A DNA stretch of 63,898 bases, filler included, from Folioceros fuciformis (taxonomy: Eukaryota): NCBI GenBank assembly GCA_049999805.1. It is 8 parts of 8 records of this genome, joined end to end, with 100 filler letters (N's around TTAATTAATTAA, not from the genome) between each part and the next. Parts side by side here need not be neighbours in the genome. Positions count along the whole stretch, not along the records: positions 11,238 to 22,399 come from JBNGIO010003471.1; positions 22,500 to 32,810 come from JBNGIO010003473.1; 6 more parts are not named here. One strand, 5' to 3'. Every line of letters begins with the position of its first letter. The first letter of the stretch is position 1. This document shows, piece after piece, positions 13,549-26,598 of this stretch. The notes under the pieces are model-generated. The model was not told the DNA's origin. It made no database searches and saw only the letters and a list, made by a program, of their open reading frames with translations. The translations under genes were made by a program, and so were the position numbers.

Positions 13549-13999
13549 GTCTGCTCCTCCCAATGGTGACTTTACTGCTCGTCTGTTTTGCTGAGCAGAG
13601 GAAATTGATGCAAAAGCTAAACTGTCAGTAAGGCAGACAGAACAAGGCTGATCGGGCCAAGATTGCTGGCTGGAGGAGGAGGGCGATTGGTTAAGGCGGG
13701 TCCAGGCAGCATGTGGCAAGAGGAGGAAGCAATGAATCGGCAGAGAAGAACAGAATCGCTCCCAGATCGCACCGCGGCGGATCAAAAAATTTCGTCTTTC
13801 TTCCCTTCGCGCACTTTGGCATACTGTAGTACAATTTCTGTAGCACCACTGTCCCAGCTTCCGAATCCTCCCGTTTCCGACTTATCGACGCTTCGAACAT
13901 AAATTAAACCCGACGTGGGGTGAACTTCACATTTGTCCATGCAGATCCACGGTTAGTGCAACAATATACGAAGCTAGTACATGGAATGTTGATCGGGAA

Positions 14000-16900
14000 A
14001 GCGATAAGTGAAGATTTTGGTCAAACAATATGTGTAGCTAGTAAAATGTTCATTGTGAAAGCGAGAAACGAAGATTTTAGTCAAACAATATGGGAAGTCA
14101 GTAGAATGTTAATTGTGGAAATGATAAGTGAAGAATTTATCAATGAGATGGAGATCTATCAATGTCAAAGTTGAGGCAAAAACAACCCAATGAGGGGTAT
14201 AAGACTTGCAAGGACCAGCCTTGTAACCATCCATTTCAAAACTATCAATTGCTTTAAGACGTCAAGCCTAATACAAAGTGCGATGAAAATGCCTCTGTCG
14301 GAAGAAAATGACAAGACAAGAATGAGAGAGCTCACCCACATCCTTGCATATGTGATATGGTTTGGTATATGTCTTGACACGCCTAGAAAAATCTTTATCA
14401 TAACATTGTGAGTCTCAATGGCAAGAAGAATGAATCTAGTGTGTCCTTTCTAAGGAGTCCTTGTAGACCTTAGCCATTGCACATTCTTCCACCAACTAAC
14501 TTGCAAAGTTAAGGATCACATGTTTGCAAACATTGTCCCTTTTGAGCAACCCAAACATTGACCCATGTGACCAACCCAATACAAATGGGCTTTGAGAATG
14601 GCTTGCACTCCAAAAGCCATAGTCTCATAAACTCTTAAACTAGCAATAATCTTCTACACTAGCAACAAATACCTTCTACACTTCCCTATTGACTCCCCCC
14701 TCAGCAAGAGTTACTCAACCAAACTAACCCCAGAGAAGAACATGTTGCTACCCACGATCCTATCAAACACCATGCAAGCATGATCGGCACACACTCCAAT
14801 CCTGCGAGGAAACAAGAGGGACAAATCATAAGGACATGACACAAATCACATGATCAAGAATAAAGGGGCCCAGCCCTTAGTTGTGGCAACTCTTCTTCTC
14901 AAAGCTTTATCGAGCGCTACGCAACATGCACAACTGGCACACATTGCTTTATCTAAGCGGGGACAGCCTGAAAGAGAGCGTTAAGTAACAAGCGGGTTCT
15001 ACAGGCTCATAGCCTCTTATAGAAGACTAACTCTAGTCCCCCTTCCTCTCTCTACACAATCATTGCTATGACACGACAACAAAACTAGTAGTTTATACCA
15101 AACTATTAATCTAGGCTAGTCCACCCTACCATCAACTTGATGTGCTGCCAACCCCCTTGTTGACCCTACCAACAGCCCTTGTAGATCATTGGTTGTTGAC
15201 TCCTCTTCCAAAGTTGGTGGGCACCGCCTCCTTATTGTTGGATGGTTGCCTGCAAAGTCTTCCCTTGCAACTATTCTCATGGTGGTTGAGGTTGCCTTCG
15301 GTCCAGTCACCTTCACCCCTATAGCATCTTCCCTAACGATTTCCATTGCAGCTAACGCACAACCCTCATGGGAGCAACATCTGTCATTTAGTTTAGTCCT
15401 AGAATGGTGGTCTACGAGCAGTAGGTCAAACTGTCCCAGGATGTGTTAGTAGCAAAACGAACCTAGCAAAAGAGGTCACTAGGGGGGTTGCCAGAGTTGA
15501 ATGCCTACTGGAGTAGATTAGCATAACAAATAGGCAAACAATCCACTCAACCAGCCAAAAGAAATTGTAGCCAGCAGGTCAAAAACTACCCCAAGGGACA
15601 ATGGACCATCGAATATTCATGAGGTAGAGGTCCCTTGGTGTTAGTAGATGTAGCGGGAGAAAGAAGGAGAAAGGCCTGCAGAGGAAGTGGTCAGCGGCTA
15701 AAACCAGGCCTGAAAACGATAACTTATTCAGCAGAAATGGCTTTCAGCCAAAATGCTCCCTTGGCCATCGAAAACTGGTCCCAAGGTGTCGGGATAGTTC
15801 TCGAACTGTCAACTAAGGGAGGTAAGTAAGGTTCATATTTTCTAGAATTATCTCTCAAAAAATAGCAGAAAAAACAGGGAAAAATAATAAAGGAAATGTA
15901 AGCAGGGTAGGTGTGAACAATCTGATGATTAGGAAACGCCTGCTGAGGTGCGCAATTGGGTGATTTTTTTTGTTTTTTTGCTAAGTTGGGTGTGAAATCA
16001 AGTTAGGTTGTTAGTAGGCCGAGGTATTTGTACCTAAAAGCTCCTTGGCCTATGAGTTTTAGTTTTGAGTTTGGTTTGACCAATAACTGGTCTTTGGACC
16101 AGGGGGGTTGATTATTCCTTGGCCTTTGGCCTTTGAACAATTCGCAAAAGCCTATCTAAAGGGGGAACCCCATAGACATAGAGTCATTTTTTGATTGAGG
16201 TCGAACCTGGAGTAGAGTGTCATGGTCTATAGACTTAGTATGAGAAGGGAGGTAGTCAAAGCGCGAAGACGATCGTGGAATGAGGAAAGGGGTCATAGAA
16301 GGAGGAACCGGTAGTAGAAGCCAATAGTGTTTGTGGAAATAGGAACATCTTCCAAAAGATGGAAACCCCTCAGGGGAAGTCAAAGTGTCCGGAGGGTACT
16401 TTCGAAGTGGAGCGCAACCACGACTGAAGCGATGTCGGAGAGCGGACTTTGGGCAAATGAAAGTGCGGGCATACAGGCTGAATGGGGTGACTAGGAAGGG
16501 GGTAGCGGGCACGGCGACGGATGGCGGAAGTGGTGGTTGGGTAACGACAATTAATTCTTGCAGGAACGTAATATCCAGACATTCGTTCATCTTTACTCAT
16601 ATGTTAATTGTTTGCCAGAGTTGGACATTGTGGCTTCCTTGCACATGTGGAGCCCTGTTAGGGAGATCAAGTGGAAGCCGAATGAGCCCAAGGAAGAGGC
16701 AGAGTCGGAGTCCAGCAGCTGGGAATCTGGAGCGACTGGTAGCTAAGAAGAGGAGGTCACCGTCAGCAAGAAATGGAAGGTGGGAGGAAGCAAGAAAGCT
16801 CCTACGAAGAAGAGGAAGGCGGATGCGTGCATCACCAAGTCCAAAGCTAAACCTCGCGCTGTAGGAGACGGCCAAGAAGAAGGGGACCAAGCAATAGGGC

Positions 16901-18150
16901 ACCCCATCCGCAAAATCTGCTGAAGATGCACTGTCGGTGAAAGAGAAGCCCGCTGATGTGGCTACAAGAGTTTCAGAGAAATTAGGGCTGACCCCGGCGG
17001 TGGAGTTCTTCCCTGGATGAGAAGAAGTCTTTAAGGGCACTCCCCTGGTAGCAAAATTGGAGGCAGAGGAGCAGGCTAGAGTGCGCACCTTGCTGGGGAA
17101 GGGAATACTGGACAGAGGGATGGCTACTAGCGGAACCCTTCCTCAATAGGTGGATCTTCCAGGGTTAACAATGGCCATGGTCTGGGCGCAGGCAGACATG
17201 CTAGATTAGGCCACGCTGGAGCTCACTTGGTTGAGTATGAAGGGATAGCGAGATGAGGTGGCATAGGCCCAGCTTGCTGAAGCGAAGGCAAGACGGAAAA
17301 AGCTAGATGAGGCCCAATAGGCCCTTGGCGAAGTGAGAGCTCAAGTGCAGGAAGAATTGCGCAAGGCACGGGAAGAAGTGTAAGCCATGAAGGATCAGCA
17401 GGAACTGCTCATGACCCAAGTCAGAGAGGTGCATGAAGCAAATCAGGAAATGCAGTAGGAGTTACTGTGAGCATAGGAGCAGGAAGCAGCCGCTATGGAG
17501 AGGGTCTAGAAGTTAGCGAACCGTTACAAACGGAAACGGGATGCAGCCCGGAGCTGAAACAAGGGGAAGGGCAAGGTCAAACGGAGCAGCAGGTCCATGA
17601 CCAAGGTAGCAGAAGCCGCTATTGGTAGGGGAGAGACGACTCCAATAGTGGGGAGTTCTACCGCTGTCGGGGAATCAGCGACAGTCATGGAACCAGCAAA
17701 TGGGGTTGCTGAAACCTCTACTCGCACCAAGAGGATTGGAATGGAGACAACTAGAGGCATAGCGACAGGAGGCACTCCAGCATCCATGGTGGGCAAAGAG
17801 TAGACAGTTAGGGGTAGCCCATGGGAGGAGGGGGTAAGCACCTCATCTGCAGCAAGAGGCCAGATTGTATTAAAGCACATGGTGAAGAATCTTATATTCC
17901 TGGTCTCTATGTAAATGGAGATCATGTACTTAACCTTATTGTCCATGTGTGTGTGGGAATAGGAGGGACTAGGGCGTATCGTCTACAAGTGAGGACCCAG
18001 AAAGGATGTTTCTTCCATTATGCCCGGGCATGGGAATTAACCTCCTGTTATGGTAGAGGAAGGAGGGCTAGAAGAATGGATAGGAGGAGGACACGGCGCT
18101 AAGGTAGGCCAGGAGTTATTGCATCTTAAAAATAGAATTTAGATGAAATT
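14000..18150. mobile_element. Degenerate retrotransposon-derived region, including a decayed + strand ORF with a basic and coiled-coil tail (~16385-17560)
   Basis: Coding-like composition interrupted by many stop codons, no intact gene, and adjacent to LTR-element remnants. The family cannot be identified by eye. Confidence 0.4.
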
Positions 18151-18297
18151 TGGTAAAGATGCTATCTTGGACCTGATGTCACCCGCAATTAAGGGCACCT
18201 TTCAACTTGACTGTATTTAGAGCCAGACTTTATGGCGGGCTGTGCCACCCGCTCTGAAAACTTTGTATAAAGAGGCCTGTTGGTGCTTCTCTAATTA

Positions 18298-18810
18298 GAC
18301 AACTTCTGGTTGAGATCCCCACGCTGCCAGGGTGGGTAGTGTGTGCGAGAAGCTCCTAGAGGTGGTCGAGAGCGTTGTTCTATGGTTGATGGTAAGGGGG
18401 ACGAACGAGCAAGTTTTGCTAACAAAGGAGGAAGAACTGAAGGATTGGCATAGGGCGGGTCTGTAACTTGCTCATAACACCGTTGTGTCATCCAGAAGTT
18501 TCCCCTCCCCCTATTCCTTGAACTACTAGCTATCTTCCGAAATTTGGAGTGTATAAGACAACTTCCCGGTTGAGATCCCCGCGCTACCAAGGTGAGTAGT
18601 GTGTGCGAGAAGCTCCTAGGGGTGGTCGAGAGCATTGCTCCGCACTTGGTGGTAAGGCGCACGAATGAGCAAGTTTTGCTGACACGGGAGAGAAGCTGAA
18701 GGAGTGGCGCGAAGCAGGTCTGGAGCTTGCTCGTAACGTTGTTGTGTCATCCAGAAGCTTCTCTTTCCCTTATTCCTTGAGCAACTAGCCGTGTTTCGAA
18801 ATTCTATGTG
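18298..18810. repeat. ~260-bp tandem duplication (2 diverged copies)
   Basis: GACAACTTC..GGTTGAGATCCCC..GTGTGCGAGAAGCTCCTAG.. starts at 18298 and again at 18558. Confidence 0.85.
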
Positions 18811-19439
18811 TAGGGGTGTGTGTGATGACAAAGATTGAAACGGTGAGTGAAGAGAATGTGTGTGTGTGAGTCGAATAGAGAAGGAGAGAAGAGCGGCCAA
18901 GCATTGAACACGAGGCGAGGTGTGGGGCAAGAGAGGAGAAGTGTGGCTGATTACTAAACGTGATACAAGGTGAGAGGCAGAAGATTGAGAGTGAAGGGGA
19001 AGAACTAATTGCAATTAAATGAAGAGGCTTGCTGAGAGATTGAGGAAGATTATGAAAGATTGTTGGAGATTGGAGATGATTTTTGGAAAATTTCTGGGCG
19101 TTTGTGGGAGATTGTTGAAGATCGTTAGAGATTAGAGAAGATTGTAGAGGATTCCTGAGGGATTGCTGGAGATTTGTGGACATTGTTGGAAGATTGGAGA
19201 CATTTGGCATCAGGCCTGTAAGAAATAAGTGTGAATCAAAGCTCTTGCGTGTTTTGCATGTGTGGAGAGGCTTGCATGTGTGTGTGAGAGAGTGTGGTTG
19301 ATCCGTGGGGTCTTTTTCCCCAAGGATTGGCATTTGCATGCGTGGAGAGCATCCAATAAGACCAGATCTGTAAGTCTGGAAGCCCTTGGGCAGAAACCTG
19401 TGGTGAAAACCCACGGCGGCGCGTACGCCGGGAAAATAT

Positions 19440-20439
19440 TAGTTAGGGTTCTGAATGGGTCCTACCATGATCGTAAAAACAACTACCGGTCACGGAAACA
19501 GCGACCATGGTCATGGAGTGGGAACTAGAGTCGTAGAGTAGGGCCTTTGGTAGCTGAGCTAACTGGGGATAGTAGTAGTTGAGCTGGTAGGTAGTAGAGA
19601 TGGTAGTAGGTGAGTCTTGACTTAGGAAAGGGTTAGTAGTGATAGAAGTTAGTGCTCCTTGGCACAAATCAGTTCCTTGGAAGTGAATCATACGACTACA
19701 ACGACAAAGAGGGTGAATGTGGACCTCACGTTGTCTCCGAACACAAGATTTCACTCCTTATTTAGGCGCTGTTGCTGGGGAATGAACTGCTGTCAAGAAC
19801 GTAGGTAGGAGTAACCCATAGCCTCAATAGAGAGTCTAGGTAGTGATAGGTTGATGGATGCCTTGGGTGAAGACCGGCGACTCTGAGCCTGATTGTGCAA
19901 AAACGCCTTTGGCAAAGCGGCAACGCCAAGCAGCAGAGAGGTTGCAAAGAGTCACAAGAAGGTCGAAGCGGGAGAGCACACTTGCCGGACGAGGAAGAGA
20001 GACGAGGAGTTAGCCTGTAACTGTAGGTCAGATTTCATTTGAGTTAGATTTGCAACTCTCGGGTTTGGAGGAGGTTTCTGGGCCCAAGTACTCCAATCCA
20101 ATCCCGCTGGTTGATCTCCATTCAAGATTGCCCCGCTCAACTTTAGTCCAGTCTAATTTTGTGAGTGTAGAAGTCAGTCTAGACGTTGTAGTTGCATCTA
20201 CTAGTGCAGTCGTTGTAAATACTGTCACGGTAGCTATGACTACTACTCCAGTAGCAGTAACCACTAAGCTGCCTTACCCATTGTATGGGGAAAAGAAAGG
20301 TTATGAGGATCTTGATGACTTTGTCGAGCGTTTTGAGCAGCTGACCATTGCTAACCTGGAAGAAGGGGATGCGCAATGTGTTCAGCTGTTCTACGAAGTC
20401 TTACGCGGAGTTGCAGCCAAGTGGTATAGGGAGGCCTAA
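19440..20439 (+). mobile_element. Ty3/gypsy (Athila/Tat-like) remnant: LTR 3' end (~19760), degenerate tRNA-Asp PBS (19764-19781) and truncated gag
   Basis: AGGCGCTGTTGCTGGGGA resembles the PBS TGGCGCCGTTGCCGGGGA. The gag peptide YPLYGEKKGYEDLDDFVERFEQLT..QLFYEVLRGVAAKWY is homologous to the ORF at 60317-61171. Confidence 0.75.
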
Positions 20440-21066
20440 AGATCCCTCAACCCTTTCCTAGAAAAGGAGGTGAAGGGAGGTAGAGCCTAACAAGCATTTA
20501 AAGGTAAAGAGTCCCACGCTTGCCTAAGAGATACTTGTAAAGGGAAAACACTCTCCTCAACACCTGATGTAAAACCTTCAAGAAAAGGGGAATCTTGCAT
20601 AAAAAAACAAGAGGCCAAAATTGAAGCCGAGAGGGCCCAATTGCCAAGAAAGGCAACTGAGGAAGAGGCCTCCATGGCCAAAAGGCCAAGCCCCCTCAAA
20701 GGCAACCGATAAAAAAGCCTGCTTCTGAGCTAAATCACTGACAATACATTTGAAGGTGCCAAGACCTATGATGTCCCCAAAAGCTTGCATAACTTGATTG
20801 TCGAACCACATGAGACTTGATAAGAAAACTAGAGAAGGCGTAAACAGTTCTAGTGAGGTAGCCTAGTCACCACACAAAACCAAATGTAATATGAGGGTCA
20901 CCATTTTGTGAGAGGTTCGTGATATGAGCCAAATTTTCATCCAACGTTGCATCCACAAACCTATGTACAAAATCAGGAGGTTCTACAAGAACGCCTAAGA
21001 CTTGAAGTCCATACGAGAGGCCGATATTCCTCCCCCTACATTCCCTTGAATATTGAATGGGGGGAG

Positions 21067-22319
21067 TGATGCCTAAAGAGGATCAATCCCTATATTTACA
21101 CAACTTAACGCTCAACCCCACCTTGGAGAGCTTTGAGGAGAAGAAATCAAATGCATATAAACGTATCACAATTCATTGTCTCAACCATGTCTAAATTATA
21201 AGACATGTCATGATAAGCCCGCAGGATATGTTTTATTTCTCTATACTTGTCATCTTCACGCAGGTTGTTCATCATATTTATCTTTGGCATCCTTATCTTC
21301 ATCTTCATTACCCTCGTCCTATCTCCATCTTCATCTAATCATTATTAAATTTGTCTTCACCTTGGCTTGTAAACTTGTAGTATTTACAGACGTAGTACAA
21401 CGTAGTACATCGTACTTTTAAATCCATGTACGTCATTGTCATCTACATCTATCAAACATCATTTTCATAATCATTGTCATTCTCATCATCATTTTATGCT
21501 CATGCTCATCATTATCATTTTCATGCTCATCAAGCTCATTATCATGACCATCCTTTCCTCATCATCTTCACGTCCATCTTCATTACCCTCCTTCACATTT
21601 TCATCCTCGTTAAGATATCCCATTATGGCTTCCTATCCTTTCTTGTTATCTTAGTTCTCCCTTTTCTTTATGTCAAGCTTGGACTGTTTTCTTTGAATGT
21701 GCTGCTTTTCTCTATGCTATGTTTTTTCTCCCTCAATCCTTAAGCATAATAGTCTAAGCTTCTTTAATACACTCTTTTCTTTGAATTTCTTGCTTTTCTA
21801 TGTGCTATTTTTTTCTCCTTTAATATCCCTAAGCTTAATAGTCTAGGCTTATTTAATACACTCTTTTTTTTTAATGTGTCTTCCATATCTCTAAGCACAA
21901 TGTAGTCTAAGCTACTTTGAACTTCTTGATTATTGACAAGTCTTAGCTAGAGTCTTTACAAGTTTTTTCTTGCTTTCTTCTTCCTTTTGGCCTAATGTCT
22001 AGGCTTCTTTGTGTAGGGTTATTAAAGCCCAATGTGCTTAGACTAATGTGTTTAGTCTAAGATTAGTGTCTAGTTAAGTATCATTAGTTTAGATTAGCTT
22101 AAGCTAATTTGTAGGAAGCTTCTTGTGCAGCTTCCTGTGGGCTTCTTGAGAAGCTTCCTAGGGAGCTCTTCTAGAGGGTATAAATACCCCCTTGAGCTCC
22201 CATGTATTTGTGTGACTCTATTGTGAGGGTGTGACTTATGTTTCTCCTCCTCCTTGCCTCCTACTCTCTTCACCTTCACGATGTAGCTCCTAGAGCATTC
22301 CTTCAATTGGTATCAGAGC
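21067..22319 (+). mobile_element. LTR (21067-22305, TGA...TCA) with an upstream polypurine tract and a downstream tRNA-iMet PBS
   Basis: GGGGGGAG lies immediately before TGATG at 21067. TATAAAT occurs at ~22179, and ...TTCA at 22305 is followed by TGGTATCAGAGC at 22308-22319. Confidence 0.7.
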
Positions 22320-22499
22320 TTGGTTGTGGAACTCAAGTTGTGGAGCGAGATGGTCATAGGGTACCGGGCCAGCGGGTGCCCAGCCAGGGGCGCTAGCGCN
22401 NNNNNNNNNNNNNNNNNNNNNNNNNNNNNNNNNNNNNNNNNNNTTAATTAATTAANNNNNNNNNNNNNNNNNNNNNNNNNNNNNNNNNNNNNNNNNNNN

Positions 22500-22790
22500 C
22501 TCTAGCAGCGTCTTCCTCTCATAGTCTTTTCCCTTCTCTTCCTCTTCCTTCTTCTTATCATCCTCCCCCACCTTCTTCTTCTCGTAGTCTTCCTCCTTTC
22601 CCTCTTGTCCCTTCTTCTCATCTTCCCCTAGTTTCTCTTTACCCTTCTTATATCCTGGATAGTGGTCCGGTGAGAAGATTCCCTGCTTCAAATTCATGGA
22701 CGGGGAGCGGTCGTACGTCCCGTAGCCATGGAGGTTCCCCTCACCGTCGTCCTGCACCAAAGTGTCCCACCCGCCGCTGGCAGCGTTCAT
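22500..22790 (-). CDS. Hypothetical protein fragment with a Lys/Glu-rich tract, running off the contig end
   Basis: ORF MNAASGGWDTLVQDDGEGNLHGYG...KKGKEKLGEDEKK is open into the linker. No family recognised. Confidence 0.3.
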
Positions 22791-24117
22791 GGTTTCGACT
22801 TCTCATCGTCGTGGCGGTCAACCTGGCGTTCAAAGCCAGAGAGCAATTTCCGTGGAGTGTTCGACAAAACCTGCACGCAAATTGGCAATTTCCAGAACTA
22901 TTCTCAGCACGCATCCCACAAGTTCCCTTCATCCTCAACTTGACATGATACGACAAATCCAAGGAGTCTCCTGTCAATCCGAAGCATGTGCAACTTACTG
23001 GCATCACACCACAACTCTCTGCAGCGATTGCCAGGAGCTGCAACGAACACCGTTGCGGACAGGATTAGAACGACAAACAGCCGTAGGCATCGAGTCTACA
23101 AGAATTATACTGCCTCGTCTTAACGACAAGATCGCAGACCAGAATGCATCACCCATAGAACAATGTAGCTTCCTAGAACACTCACAGCGACCAACAAGGC
23201 TAAGCCCGACGTAGCCCTTCCCAAGAACTCCATAGTGCATGGACCAATCGCGTCCGAGCCGCTAACTCCAATGTGACAAATCAACCTGGCCACACAGAAC
23301 ACAAGAACAGAGCACACACTTCTGAAAGGATTTGCCTGACGAACTGAGCCCAGATTCAGCCGTTATGTAAGTGAACTCCGCCCAAAGTGACGTGCACATC
23401 ATGTCAACGACGTCGATCTCAAGAATTCCACCACTAAGCCTTGTCCCGGATCTTCAGTTCTGCTCCAGCAAAATCGCGACGGCAGTGTGACAAAGTCGCA
23501 GCAGCGTGGACTATCGGCCACCACATCACTACCCACATAGTCAGGCACCGTCAGACAGGAGTGCTGACCACCGTCACACAAAAGTGTTGAACACCGTCAC
23601 ATAAAAGTGCTGGGCAGCACAATTGCCAGCCCGTCCTACTCTGACTTAGTTCCAAAGCCTCTGATCTCGAGAGCGATCGCCAGAATCCAGTCCAGATGCA
23701 ACAGCTCACTCTACTCGTCTCCAGTGGCGCTGATTCAGGACGGTGGTCGATGTCCATTATCTCAATCAACTCAGAATTTCACACCGACCATGATATTCGA
23801 AGACTCCGATCCCAAGTTCTTCTCGTACTAACACATTATCGAGAGTGAGTGCTGAGCGCTTCGCAAGCATAGACCTGCACGAGCAGCATTGCTACTGAGA
23901 TGCCGGGCACGCCCAGATTTCCCGGCCCAAGGCAGACGTGTCCGGCAAAACCCGTGAATCTTCGTCATCGTCGCCTAAGAACGGCTTCTGCACACGGCAC
24001 TGCAAGGTGTTCCGGCTCTGTCCTTGCCAATGGATTCTTCACGACTGTCGCAACCGAACTTGAGAAATCCCAAGGATTAGTGTGTGGGCATACGAAGTGT
24101 TCTTGTGACAGCAGCGG

Positions 24118-26180
24118 CTATGTGTCCAGCTTATCCACCAAGGCGGATTCGTTTCGGTATCGGGCACGGTACTGGTCCGCGGCAGCATACGGATCCACGT
24201 CGGGGTGGAGCCAGCAGAAAAGGTTCTCCAGGGTGGCGCGGTGCGGGTTGAATTCTGGGTGGGTGACGGCGGTGGCCATCTCCTCCACGGAAGCGGCATC
24301 GGCAATAGCAGCGACCTGGGAGGCGTCCTTGTCCGGGTGCCGGGTGGAAGAAAGGAGTTCCGGGGTCATGCCGTGCTGGGACAAGAGTTCCACCAGCTCC
24401 GCGTCCGCCAGGATGTGGTCCACGTCCGAGCTCCACTTCTCCCACCGCGCTGGGTAGACGTTGCGCCCACACTCGTGCGATTGCGCCACGTCCTGTTGCA
24501 CTCGCCGCCTTGCCTGCTCCCGCGCGGTGGAGCCCCACACGCGGAACATGGGCTCCGCGATGGTCCGGTATCGCCGACGCTGCTCTTCCGCCATCTCCGG
24601 GCTGCGCGGCCCGCCGTAAGCTGCGACCGCACCTCTGAGCTCCGCGTTGCGCTGTCGGGCGCGGGCCAGTTCCTGCTCCAGGGACATCAGGCGCGTTCTT
24701 TTCGCCGCCAAATCTCGGCTGCTGTGCGCCAGGGCCTCAGAGAAGGGGGTGGTCGGGCAGCCGCGGCTGTTGGTTNNNNNNNNNNNNNNNNNNNNNNNNN
24801 NNNNNNNNNNNNNNNNNNNNNNNNNNNNNNNNNNNNNNNNNNNNNNNNNNNNNNNNNNNNNNNNNNNNNNNNNNNGTGGGGGTACATACGCATGGCGCGG
24901 TGCTCCCAGAGCTCGCGCATGGCGCCGTTCAGGGTCTGCAGGATTCCGAGCTGACACCGTGTCTTGTGAAGCTGCTCCTGGACCTGGGACAGGAGGATTG
25001 GGATGAGGGTTTGGCGCTCGTCCCGGGAGGGATAGCCCGGGAAGCTTCTGTTCTGGTACTTGGGGTGGATGACGATGGTAGCGTTGCCGTGACGAGTCCA
25101 GTCCCTGGCCAGAGCCGTCTTGGTGACGCCCGGGGAGAAGAAGTAGCTGTAGTGATCCGGGCCGAAGGGCGGGAGCGCCATCTCTTGGAGGAAGGCGTCG
25201 ATTCTAGGTCTAACTTCTGGGTGGTTGGGAATGTCGGAGGCGCGGAATGTTTGGTCCGGGCTGGAGATGGTGGCGCTCTCTGTATGCTCGGAGTACATTG
25301 CGCCGCAGCGGAGTTTGGATTCAGGGGGGCCGTGCTTCTGCGGCGTGCAGGAGACGGGCACGGCGGGGCCTTCGTCCCGGTTGGGGTCGCACGGGGCCTG
25401 ATACTGCGGCTCTTGGTAGGTCAGGGCTGCGGCCGCTTGCTTCAGCCTGGCTGCCCGTTCCAGGGGGTTCACGTCGTCTAATTCGATGAGGACCCGGGCG
25501 TGCTCCCGTTCTGCATTCATGGCTTCCTGCACGGCTGCCGGGAATTGATCCATTCTTCCCCATTTGGAGAGCGAGCCCGTCTTCGGGATGGCGGGAGCGG
25601 GGGAAGATTTTGTCTTGCCCCCGTCCTTAGGTCGGTGGATGCTTCGGCTTGTGAACGCGGTCCGTGGCAGGCTGTGTGCATCGAAGAGATGCTGCCCCAT
25701 GTGGAGAGGGTGAATCCGTGGCCATGGCCCTGCAGCTGCTGCCTCTTGTGGTGGAGACGGCGGGGATCCGAGGTCTGGCACACTGCGCCGAGGCGAGGTC
25801 GCGCAGAGACTTAGATGCGGGCTGAAGGACGGACCCAAGAACAGGGCTCTAGGGAGGGGAGCTGGAGCTTTGAGAATGTAGCTGAATTCTGGCGGGAAGT
25901 AGTGGTCTACTCTGGGCATGCCCGGCAGTCTTTGAGCGTCGTCCCAAATGCATTGCGGCTCAGGTTCTTTGGGATTGTACATTCTGTAGTCTGGTTGGAT
26001 AGGCTGTAAGTCTAGGAAGAATTGGGGCAGTCTGATGGCATGTTCTAGATTCCAGGCTTGCCTTATGTCATGTTTGTCGCTATTTTCGCATGGCCCATGC
26101 CCTGCCACCTTTGTGGGGGAGAAGCAATCTCTGCTTTCTGGCCCTGCCGATTTCGCCCTCACAGGCATTTTGCATGGCAC
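24118..26180 (-). CDS. Large intronless GC-rich hypothetical protein (~650 aa, interrupted by the N gap at 24776-24875)
   Basis: A ~435-aa ORF runs into the gap and a ~218-aa ORF runs out of it on the same strand (..SLEQELARARQRNAELRG..FNPHRATLENLFCWLHPDVDPY..). It has coiled-coil segments and no recognised domain. Confidence 0.5.
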
Positions 26181-26598
26181 ACAAAACTGAGTTCAGATTA
26201 ACGGAAAACGGTCTCGTTCCACCTCGCACTTCCTTCGTCTCAGCGCTCCGAAACCTCGTCCAATTACGTGCTTGAGGCATGCAGGCAATGGGGTTCGTTC
26301 AAGGTTATATGCAGGCGGGTAGTTGTGCAGGCGATGAGATTGTTGCTCTGCAAGCCTGGCCAAGAGACACATCCATTCAGATGCAACTCATCTTATGGCT
26401 TTTATTATCACTATACGAATCCGGGTTCCGCCTGTCACGCAGATAATTTTTCTACCGACACTCAAAAAGTACACCTTCAGCCGTGAATTGCACTAACATC
26501 CTGAGGAAGTTCCCCTGGGAAGGGAGGGGAAAAAATTGATTTGAGATCTCTGAGACGTGCCTGCTTGCACAACCACAAGACTGCATCCTTTAACTATT

